Source: Podarcis vaucheri
Lineage: Eukaryota
Reading direction: 5' to 3' (one strand)
Length of the DNA: 64,000 nt
NCBI GenBank assembly: GCA_965113315.1
Contig: OZ220364.1
Positions 14,001-23,905 of this stretch are shown piece after piece. Below the pieces are notes generated by a model, which was not told where the DNA came from, searched no databases, and saw only the letters and a program-made list of their open reading frames with translations. The position numbers and the translations under genes were made by a program. Each line of letters starts with the position of its first letter. The stretch's first letter is position 1.

Positions 14001-14506
14001 CTGGACATTACTAGGGGTTCCTAGGCTTTCTTATTTATATGCCATATATGTTGAACCAGAAATGACTTACTGAAGTTAACATTTGCAGATGTGGGAGGTC
14101 TGTGCAATTTCCCAACTTGCAGAAATGGAATGTGAATTCCTAAATATACAGAACTAGAGCAGGAGCAGGGAATTTTAGGTCTGGCAGGTAAACACAGCTC
14201 TCTGTGCCCCATCCCTGATTCTTGGGACTCTTCCCAGGCTAACTTCAGGCCACATTCTTCTTGAGTGTTTTTTGTCTGGTCAGAATTTGTCCCTGAGTTG
14301 AGATAATGCTTCCTTCTTGCCTGGATGGAGAGCTGAATGTGTATGTGTGCGTGTAGAATCTTTTGACTCTAGTGGAACTTGAATGTACAAAGGCTTGACA
14401 CACACACATCCTGTCATTTTGCCTCTGGCCACATCCATCACTGGAGCTTAGAATGTGGCTCTTGGACTGAAAAAGATTCCCCACCTCTCACCGAGAGCCA
14501 TAACTA

Positions 14507-14586
14507 CAGGGTGAGTCCTTTAAAAGAGGCCCCAGGGATACAGAGTACACATGCTCCATGGGGCCTCTTTTAAAAGACTCACCCTG
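14507..14586. mobile_element. 80-bp mariner-type MITE
   Basis: 28-bp TIRs CAGGGTGAGTC(C/T)TTTAAAAGAGGCCCCA (27/28 identical), 24-bp spacer, TA TSD. Confidence 0.88.
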
Positions 14587-15034
14587 TATAAGAATATAAG
14601 CAGAAGGAAGTTGTTCTACACTCAGCTTTAGCTCCCTTGGCCTATCCTGGAATCTTTTGTATGCAAGGCAGGGCCAGAGTAAAAAGCCACTTCAGAGAAG
14701 TCAAATCAGCACCTTTAAAAGAGATGCTTCCATAGGATGTCCAAGCAATTTGATTTGAGGCTTTCAGATAGTATTGTGAGACTTGGCAATGGACACAGTG
14801 AAGCAGGCATTTATAAAATGATAAATCTGTTCTTTATGACATTAGTATCTATCCAGCAGCTGTCTTCCATAATTTAGACTTTGAAATTACATTTCAGCAT
14901 TGTGTACCCATATGTGTCCCATATTTCAATGCCTACCCTAAAATGGAAGTAGTGTCCTCATTGACAGTTGTGCTAAAATGTGTCTCCTATATAGGGAGTG
15001 AGTGCATCTTTGGGACTTTTTAAAAAATATCACA

Positions 15035-15269
15035 ATAAAGCTGGTATTCAATAACCTAGGTACATAATTTAGGTACATAATCTTGGTTGGGCTGATTTTT
15101 TTGTCTGTCTCCTTGATTCAAAATGGTGCCTGGCACCCAAACATTGACATAGGTTCCCATTCCTACCTCTGAAATCCCCATGCCAAATTTGGTGATGATA
15201 TCTCAAGAGGCGTCCAAATGTATAGAGAACAAACAGACAAACAAGCCACTTTTCAAAATATATAGTAGA
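15035..15269 (-). mobile_element. Possible non-autonomous Helitron-like element
   Basis: Minus strand starts A|TCTACTATATA, followed by TGTTTGTCTGTTTGT and CCAAATTTGG, as in small Helitron families. A 3' CTAG end is not clear. Confidence 0.4.
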
Positions 15270-15940
15270 TTTATTTAAGTACCACTAAAAGCAACAGCTG
15301 TTGAAGTGTTTTTCCCCCAGTCAGTTTTTCTTCCAAAATAGATTTATGAATTCCATTTATATAACCCAACATTGAAAATAGTTTTATTAAATGGTTCTGT
15401 AATTTCCCTCTGTCACTAAGTGCAATCTTTTAACATGATACCAACGTTTAACTTATTAGGCTATACTAAATTTTTGAAAACTTTTATTGACATTCTTGCT
15501 TTCTGTGCTGTCCATGAGTGGATTGCACACAGTATAAATGTTAATATGACTTTTTAAAGAGTTTAATTATTCCGAATTAGCATATCATTCTTTTATGTTG
15601 GCTAGCTATTGCTAATCATGTCTAAAACTAGCATAAATGAACTTGCAATCATATGCACATTAACCTGGGAGTAATCCCCACTGAACTCAAGAGAACTTGT
15701 TTTTGAGTAAGCATGCACAGGCTTTAATTTCAGTTTGCACTACATGTACAGAAATCTCATCAAATTAGTCTGTGATACTCTGGAAAAACAGATTAAGGCC
15801 AAAATTCATTCCTCATTAACCAAATGAAGACTGAACATTCTACTTAGAGTGCACTTCCATATTTAGTAACCTTTCTTTGTGGGGATTCACATACTTGGCA
15901 GTGTGGTGCAGAAAAGTAATTAATTCTATTATTCTCAGAA

Positions 15941-16316
15941 AGACAGACCTGTTAGTTTGTTGCAGTGGAAACAACAAAGAATCTTGTGGCACCTGAAAGA
16001 CTAACACAATTATTGTGGTAAAAGCATTTGTGAACTGTATCACCAATGCACATCATTTGGGTGGGGAGTTTGTAAACAATGAGGTCAGAGAGAAATGAAA
16101 TGCAAAAATTATAGTGACAGGGATATTTGCCTGATTAACAATTGTTGATAAAAGCAGTCAATACATTCATAGTGTGATACTGTCTTAGTTCAGTTGTGCC
16201 ATTGGACACCAGCAGTTTATAATTGCAGAGTTGCTTTGAAATGCCTTTGTTCCAGCATGGCCACCTTAAGGTAAATTACAGAGTGTCCTCAGAGGCTGAA
16301 ATATTCCCCCACTGGG
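15941..16316 (-). mobile_element. Old Neptune-type Penelope-like element, 3' part (split by insertion)
   Basis: Minus-strand translation PVGEYFSL*GHSVIYLKVAMLEQRHFK resembles reptile Neptune PVGEHFNLPGHS..DLKVAIL. 15941-16050 resembles the Neptune terminus (CTTGTGGCACCT..AGACTAACA..TTATT). Confidence 0.75.
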
Positions 16317-16339
16317 TATATATATATATATATATATAT

Positions 16340-17119
16340 GCTTTCGTAGATTTTCACGGGTACAGGAATGCAGGTTTTGGTGTCTTCGGGTGTCTTCCCG
16401 TGTAAGAGTCGGGGTGTCTGTGCGACGTTTCGACGAGGTCTCACTCGTCATCTTCAGGCTGGTGCTTTCGGCTTCTTGTTACTGGAACAGAGCAGAATCT
16501 GGTGTTTGAGTTCCTATAAATACTGTTGAGGGGTGTGGTGTATAGCCTCCAACGTTCTGGGCAGAGAGGAAGTTCCTAGATTAGTGTGCCTCTTCTTCTT
16601 TTGTTCCTTAATTACTTGAGGGATATCTTGAGTGATTTCATGAGTGATATTCTGAATACCACTGGGTGGGTCATTAAGTGTAGATTAGTTGCTAAAGCTT
16701 TTGTGTCTTGACCTCTTGAGCTTGTGAAGAGTTTTTCTGAGAAGATGGCTGTGCTGCATTTAGTTGTGCTCTGGCTTGGCTTCGTGTATAGGGGCGAGCT
16801 GTGGTTTTGTGCCTTGTGCCAGCCAGATCTGTGTAGGGATTGCAGGGGGGTGCAGCATCCGGAGGTGCCAATATAGTTTGGCTACTGGATGGAGTCTGTA
16901 ATATGTCTGTGGAGAGGGTCTGGGTTTGGGTCTGGTGTGGTTGATTGGTGACGGCGTTCTGTGTGCCTCTGGTTCTGGTGTCGGTTTTTGTGGGGAGGGC
17001 TAATTTCCAGATGTCTGGCAGGCGGGACGTGTCGTCACGCTTGTTCATGTTGTGAGGGTGTTTCTCTATCTCGATGGCTTCCATGATTATTCTCTTGTGG
17101 TGATGTTCCATGTTAAAGA
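16340..17119 (-). mobile_element. Penelope-like element (Poseidon/Penelope-type), 5'-truncated 3' half; left arm of palindrome
   Basis: Minus-strand ORF end reads NMEHHHKRIIMEAIEIEKHPHNMNKRDD, the C-terminal part of a Penelope GIY-YIG domain (R..xEAIEI..N). It is followed by a 3' region with a hammerhead motif and ends in (TA)n at 16317-16339. Confidence 0.9.
16422..16459 (-). ncRNA. Minimal type I hammerhead ribozyme (Penelope-associated), intact stem II
   Basis: Minus strand reads GC-CUGAAGA-U-GACGAG-UGAGAC-CUCGUC-GAAA-C-GUC-GC. It has the conserved cores CUGAnGA and GAAA, a perfect 6-bp stem II, a palindromic ACGU stem III and a GUC cleavage triplet. Stem I is only 2 bp. Confidence 0.75.
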
Positions 17120-17947
17120 AGAAAAAACTTCCTCTCTTTTCCAACACATGAAAGAAACAGGACACGAAATTAATTTTGCAGATTCCAAATTGCTCTTTAA
17201 CATGGAACATCACCACAAGAGAATAATCATGGAAGCCATCGAGATAGAGAAACACCCTCACAACATGAACAAGCGTGACGACACGTCCCGCCTGCCAGAC
17301 ATCTGGAAATTAGCCCTCCCCACAAAAACCGACACCAGAACCAGAGGCACACAGAACGCCGTCACCAATCAACCACACCAGACCCAAACCCAGACCCTCT
17401 CCACAGACATATTACAGACTCCATCCAGTAGCCAAACTATATTGGCACCTCCGGATGCTGCACCCCCCTGCAATCCCTACACAGATCTGGCTGGCACAAG
17501 GCACAAAACCACAGCTCGCCCCTATACACGAAGCCAAGCCAGAGCACAACTAAATGCAGCACAGCCATCTTCTCAGAAAAACTCTTCACAAGCTCAAGAG
17601 GTCAAGACACAAAAGCTTTAGCAACTAATCTACACTTAATGACCCACCCAGTGGTATTCAGAATATCACTCATGAAATCACTCAAGATATCCCTCAAGTA
17701 ATTAAGGAACAAAAGAAGAAGAGGCACACTAATCTAGGAACTTCCTCTCTGCCCAGAACGTTGGAGGCTATACACCACACCCCTCAACAGTATTTATAGG
17801 AACTCAAACACCAGATTCTGCTCTGTTCCAGTAACAAGAAGCCGAAAGCACCAGCCTGAAGATGAGGGGTGAGACCTCGTCGAAACGTCGCACAGACCAC
17901 AGACACCCCGACTCTTACACGGGAAGACACCCGAAGACACCAAAACC

Positions 17948-17952
<5 letters not shown>
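17120..17952 (+). mobile_element. Penelope-like element (Poseidon/Penelope-type), 5'-truncated 3' half; 74-bp spacer plus right arm of palindrome
   Basis: Translation KTSSLFQHMKETGHEINFADSKLLFNMEHHHKRIIMEAIEIEKHPHNMNKRDD matches the Penelope GIY-YIG C-terminal pattern (S..H....GH...F.......R...EAIEI.....N). Stop at 17621. Ends in (AT)n at 17951-17984. Confidence 0.92.
17854..17891 (+). ncRNA. Minimal type I hammerhead ribozyme (Penelope-associated), weakened stem II
   Basis: GC-CTGAAGA-T-GAGGGG-TGAGAC-CTCGTC-GAAA-C-GTC-GC. Two substitutions relative to the left copy give a G-G mismatch and a G-U pair in stem II. Confidence 0.65.
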
Positions 17953-17984
<32 letters not shown>

Positions 17985-17987
<3 letters not shown>

Positions 17988-18165
17988 ATTTCTGAAAACA
18001 TTCTTTGGTGTAGAGGTGAGCATGTTTATCCTATGTAGAATGCAGAATGACACTGTTGGAAGATTAAATCCTGTATCACCTTGGAAGATGTGCTGGTGAA
18101 TTAATTCTGGATGTTGCAGATGACATTATTAGGCCCTGTAATAGCTCCAGCATTTATTTTTGTCT
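17985..18165 (-). mobile_element. Old Neptune-type Penelope-like element, GIY-YIG catalytic part (5' side of the split)
   Basis: Minus-strand translation ITGPNNVICNIQN*FTSTSSKVIQDLIFQQCHSAFYIG*TCSPLHQRM is a decayed copy of the Neptune motif GPN..FTC.S.NVIY.I.CQQC.A.YIGQT..L..R. Confidence 0.8.
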
Positions 18166-19192
18166 CCTACAAACATGTTGTTTGCAATACCATACTGGCG
18201 GTGCAAATTCTGTATCATTTCTTTACCTTTGCCTTAAATAAATCCCACATTTAAGATGTTAGGCCATTTTGCACATTATGCGAAGGCAAACATGGGCTTG
18301 TTATCAACTCTACAAGGAGTTTCAGGGAATCATATGCTCCTGATAAGTTATCCAACTAAGTAATACTCAGAACAGACCCTCTACTCTGAATGTGACTAAC
18401 ACTGGATGTCACCTAATGCAACAGGGTACACAGTCAGGCTCACTTAAATTCATGAGAGCAATGGGTTTAGGTGCACTTAATTCTGCACAGGTTTGGACTG
18501 AAAATGTACAGTGAATCAGAGAAACAGCACAATCTTATGCATGCCTGGGGCTTACGTCCAGTAAGTATGTATAGAACTGCAGCCCAGATCTGTCCTGTGG
18601 GGATTTTACTACCTCCTCCCTTCCTCATTTTGCATTAAAATATAACAACTATAAGAGTAAGTCAAGCATTGATATCGGTATAGTTTTACACTGAAATTAA
18701 TACATTGTTTTCCAAGAGCATCTCAACAGGGCTTTCATATCAGCTCTCAGGTCTAATTTATATGGAAAGCTCACATTACGGTGAGGTAGATAGTGATTAT
18801 ATATATATATATATATAATCACTATGATGACTGCAAAACAAACAAAAGGATTCAGTGAAAAGTTTACTCCCAGCTCTCTTTAATTCAAGCTAGGGACACG
18901 CTCCTTCCTGCCCACCTTATGCCCAGTCTTTCAGGATACTTGTTTAGTGTCTTCTAAAAAAAGAAAAGAAAAAAAGAATTAACTGATCACAGATGTCTGA
19001 ACTGGTAGTAATTAGGAACCCAATTAACCTTGATAATGAATGCATTCTCTTTTGTGAATTGACAGATTATTCTGATCATAAACTCTGTAGCCACTCAACC
19101 CTATCAAATGCCCTTGCAACACTGCTATGGGAATGCAGGTAGGATAGTGAAAAAGTATTTAATATCTATACATCAACACAAACAGAATTTAG

Positions 19193-19233
19193 CTAATCTA
19201 ATCTAATCTAATCTAATCTAATCTAATCTAATC
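19193..19233. repeat. (CTAAT)n microsatellite
   Basis: About 8 units. Confidence 0.95.
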
Positions 19234-21849
19234 CACTCATTCTATGTTTAAGAACAGCTGTGCAAAATTCCAACAGCCCTGTCACCTCCGTTGATTGTTT
19301 AATGAGGTATGGCAACTATGGAAAGGACACAAGTTTCTTTGTTTCCTAAGGCATACTGAAAAAACACCATTCTCCAGTGGTTAACAGCAGAAGTTATATT
19401 TAAATTTATTATATTTATTTGTTGCTTGTGATACACACAAGAGTGCCCCAAAGTGACTTATGGCATAAGACATAAAGACTCCTTATAAAACAACCATAAA
19501 ACACAATACTCACCAAGGAATGTTTATAACCCCCCCGCCCCCCCCGCCCCCGCAAAAGATGAGAACTAAAAGGCCAGAAAATGTAAGTCACTACCCTCCC
19601 AATAAAAGTCATGGGTAACAGAAATGTTTTAGCTTGATACTGAAAAGCAAAAACTGATGGTGCCAGGTGTACTTCCCTGGGTAAAACATTCTATAAATAA
19701 AGCCTGTTATTGTTTTGCCAGTTTCTTCACCTCCATCAGAGACATTTTGAGCAGATAGATCCATGGCATTGGAAGAGAGGACATGTAAGTTTTCCCCAAT
19801 GAGATGTTTTTCTGGTCTAACCCCCAGTAGCTGTACCCCCTTGATTTCCAGCTGCACATTTACCTCAGGTAATAAATCTGGGCTCCCACAGTGAAAATCT
19901 ATCATGTGTACTCAGAAGTAACATTGATTTCAATCAGAAAGGCTATTCCACCCTTTGGAAGCTAAGAGCAGTATAGACTATAATTAAATCATCACCATAA
20001 TATAAATAAAACCAATGACATAGAATTAAATTTCTAACATCAATCAACTAAAATCAAGAAACATCCTTATAACACCAGAGTCCCATTCGTCCCTATAAAC
20101 AACTGCAGTGCTTGATTGCACAGAAGATGAGGAGGGCCTTTCTGCTGGATGGATGGAAAGTGGAGTATAGTTTTGTTCTATTAAGTTCTTTTCCCCATAG
20201 CAAACGAGATTTTCCACGCTTACCTGTTAGCCCTCCCGTGCCCTTCCAAACCTCCTGGCAAGCACAGTTTCTAGACAAAAAAGCAACCATTCTGAAAGTG
20301 AAAACACATACACACACAAAATAGCTTCTGTTACATTTTCTATATCACAAGGAATGAAAGATTATTGTGACCTCCAATGGTGACAACATGGTTATTATTC
20401 TCAGGATTGAAGTTATCAAGAAAAATAGTGATAGCAAATCAAAATCAAATACTGACTACTGATAGTTAAGGGTTTTTTTTGGCATTTTTTTTGAGGTTTA
20501 GGGGAAACTGCACAAAACATTCAATTAATTTTAAGGCATTCTGACCTATAAACCTGTACACAGTTACTTGGAAGTAAATTCTACTAGATAAATGGGAAAT
20601 TATGTCTCAGTATGTATGCACAGAATTGAAGCCCCAACCTATTTGCTTAAATGGGAGTATTTTTGTCCCTGTGCAGCCACTCAGCTTTGTGGATCCCAGC
20701 CTTCTTCCATTGTCATTAACTTTTTGTTTTTAATTTTAAAATAGTGCTTCAATGAAAGCAAAATAAAGGTGAAGCTCTTTCACTAGTTTGATTAAAATAC
20801 AAGAAGTGCAAATTACAATCAAAGGAAACTGTTTTCTACATCTACTATTGGAAGTGAAGGCAAAGTCTGCAGGTGTACAAGTGTACATTCCCAAATGGTT
20901 GGCTATAAACCCTGATCTGCAGCACAGCGAAAAAGCCATTGATTTACATATATTTCAGATGTTTGATTTAAGCAGCAACCCTAGCTACACTTACTTGAAA
21001 AGAAATCTCATCAAATTCAATAGAATTTACTTCGGAGCAGACATACATTGGATTGCACTATTAGTTTATATTTTTGGCTGTTTACTGTAGTTACACTCAC
21101 ACCAATTTAACCTCATGAGCAACAGCACTGCCATTCAAACACAGACATAAGCATACTTGAGCACAGAAATAAATAGGGGTGCCTTGCATGTTACATTCAA
21201 TGAGTGTGTAATCTCTGTACTGTACATAAATAATTGAGCTATACACTTGCACAGTTATTCACATATAACTTTCAATGAGTGTCCAGTCTGTTTACACATT
21301 AGTTGAGCTGTACAAATCAGCATGCATACAAAGCAGCTGAACACACACAGGAGCAGCATAATGTGGGAACATTGGACTGAATTTTGAATTTTGGGCCACA
21401 GTGTAAAGCCACGGGATTATAAAGGTGCGATATAATGTTCAGGTCTTTCCCAACGTCTTTTAATCACCTTATATGGTATGTCTGGAAAGGGATTTGCAGT
21501 AATCTGACAGGCTTTTGAACCACTGGCTGCCCATTGAAAAGCAGCTCAAACTTAACACCTGTCAGATTATGAGAAGGGATTCTGCTCTTTCATTTGTATT
21601 GCTGAAGATTCTCTCCTATCATCTCTCTTTCATATTGAATGTGAATACTGTTTTCATTTCCTGTTTGGCTAGATCACATAAGGGATGATCTAGGTAGCAC
21701 AAATGTATGCATCGTTCTTGGAGAATGGGAAAAAAAGCAGGAATTTCTGCTAGGGAAAAAATATTACTGAAAGCCATGCCCCCAGATCTCCATGCAGGCT
21801 TTCTTAGAAGCCTTCTGAACTACTTCAGATCACATGATGAATAACTTGA

Positions 21850-22155
21850 GCAGAATCCTGCTGCATCAGCCCAAGGGCCTATCTAGTTTACCATCCTGTT
21901 TTCAAAGCGGCCAACCAAGTAAGAACAAAGGAAGAGCTTGCTGGATCAGGCCAATGGCCCATCTAATCCAACATCCTGTTCTGACAGTGGCCAAGCAGAT
22001 GCCTATGGGAAGCCAGCAAGCAGGGTCTGATCACAACAGCCCTCTTCCCACTTGATTCCTAGCAGCTGGCATTCAGAGGTTAACTGCCTCCAACAGTGGA
22101 GGCAGAATATACCCAGCATGACTAGAAGCCATTGACAGCCTTGCCCCTCCATGTT
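21850..22155 (-). mobile_element. Two adjacent CR1 3' ends
   Basis: Squamate CR1 3' UTR motif (GCTGGATCAGGCCAATGGCCCATCTA.TCCA.CATCCTGTT) appears twice, at about 21850 and 21925. Confidence 0.7.
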
Positions 22156-23514
22156 CCACAGTAACAGGTATTTAGAGAGATGTACTGGAAAAAAACACCA
22201 CCAGGTGTTAAGTGCCTAACTAAAATAATTAATCTTTGCCCCCCTCTAGCACAATCCTTATTTCTTTAAATCATGAGCCCCTTGGAGACAGATTTAAAAA
22301 ACTGCTGTAAACTGCTCTGAACCCACAAGATAAAACAGGACATCATATAATTAAACTAGCTTCCAATTTGTTATTGTCCAAGATACAACACACACACAGA
22401 GATTTTTGCAGTAGACCTGCATAGCAGCACAGACGAGTATCCTTCAAAATCATCCCATCATCTTGCAAGAACAGATCATTTAAACAAGGTACTTCTGAGA
22501 AAATTAACATACAAAAATCAGTTGAAAGGTATTCCCTTACTGACTACTTTACCTACATTAAGAACCAAAAGTTATCTGAGAAATTGTGTTTTCAAGCAAA
22601 ATGTGTCATGTGAATGGTGATCTGGAAAGTTTCAGCTTAATTAGTCATAAGCCTATGGTGTCTATTCAATTAACTATTGCTGCTTAGGGATTTGAGTCTA
22701 ATAGTCCTCTTAGCCTAGGATTTATGAAACACACATATAATTTATGTTTCATCTTTTTGGAAATAATGTAGAATATCACACCCTCTAATTATACCTCAGG
22801 ATGTCTCTAGGTGAGAGCCAACTTAGAATTTCTATAATACAGTTTGAAATAAAACATGACTTCTCTTCCTGCACATGGGAAGCTTGCTGCTTGTGATTTA
22901 GTGGAATGGTTTGCACATAACAAAAAAGTATGATTTATCACTGGGATTTGGAATCTGTGGCTCTCCAGATGTGAAACTACCACTCCCTTCTCAAACTGTA
23001 TTAATACTCAAAAGGTACTTAAAAGTGAGATACTCTCTCTCTCAGCTCTTTTACTCATTCTTCACTGTGGGGCAATATTAACCTATAGTACAGGATTTGC
23101 TTCAGGATTACAAAACAAGCCCAAACTCAATGTTAACATATCATACCATATCCCTATTTCCAAATAATTCATCTGTTATGCACATGGTCATTAAAAGCTG
23201 CAATTTTCCAGCATTATGGAGCTTGAGTGAACATAGAAAGCCCTTAAAGCAACATGTTAACTTAAGAAGTTGATTGTTAATTGAATATATACCTCTCACA
23301 GTTTACTGCTTCTGTTGAAGAGGAATCTTGCTTATGGAACCACAAAGCATTTTGCAATCTGAATAAGCACATAGTGGTGGGAGGTGAGGTGGCTGGGACC
23401 CTTTCGGTTTTCAATATCTAATGTATATTTTAAAATTAAGGCATTTATATAAGTATATAAGAGTATAGCACAGGATCAAATGTGTTTTTTATGGTAGCAG
23501 TGAAAGTGAGGAAA

Positions 23515-23905
23515 TCTTTCATTCTTTCATTAGAGTTGTGGAGACAGGAAGTCTGGAATATAACACTTTTGGAGAAGCTGTCAGTGAAAGTAGAAAAGGC
23601 CTAAAGGATAAGCAAACACTGAAGAATTTGAAGAGACTTGGTATAACTTTATTACGTTTGTAACAGAGAACAGAGCAGTTGGAATCCTCCAGAGACCTAT
23701 GGATTGTTGTGGCAGGACACATTTTGAGACTGCAGGCAGGTCATGCAACAAAGTGTATATGCAGGAGGGAACGAACAATTTTCATCTTTTTGGAGCAAAA
23801 AAAGAGAGAGGAAAGTATGTTAAAGTATTTCATGTCAATATTGCTTTCTGTGCATTTGATGGTATGTTTACTTTGCATTTGAAAACTCAATTAAAATGAT
23901 TTATT
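23515..23905 (+). mobile_element. Degraded L1-type 3' end
   Basis: Frameshifted translation LWRQEVWNITLLEKLS...EEFEETWYNFITF, followed by a TG-rich 3' UTR. Confidence 0.55.

Noticed and set aside
16692-17621. Two 189-aa ORFs on opposite strands as a duplicated host gene or sense/antisense gene pair
   Set aside because: They result from the palindrome. The shared N-terminus is antisense read-through of the opposite arm and the rest is a truncated Penelope-like ORF end lacking RT and the GIY-YIG catalytic motifs.
19193-19233. Telomere-like or CRISPR-like repeat
   Set aside because: Simple (CTAAT)n microsatellite, not TTAGGG. There is no repeat-spacer array anywhere in this eukaryotic window.
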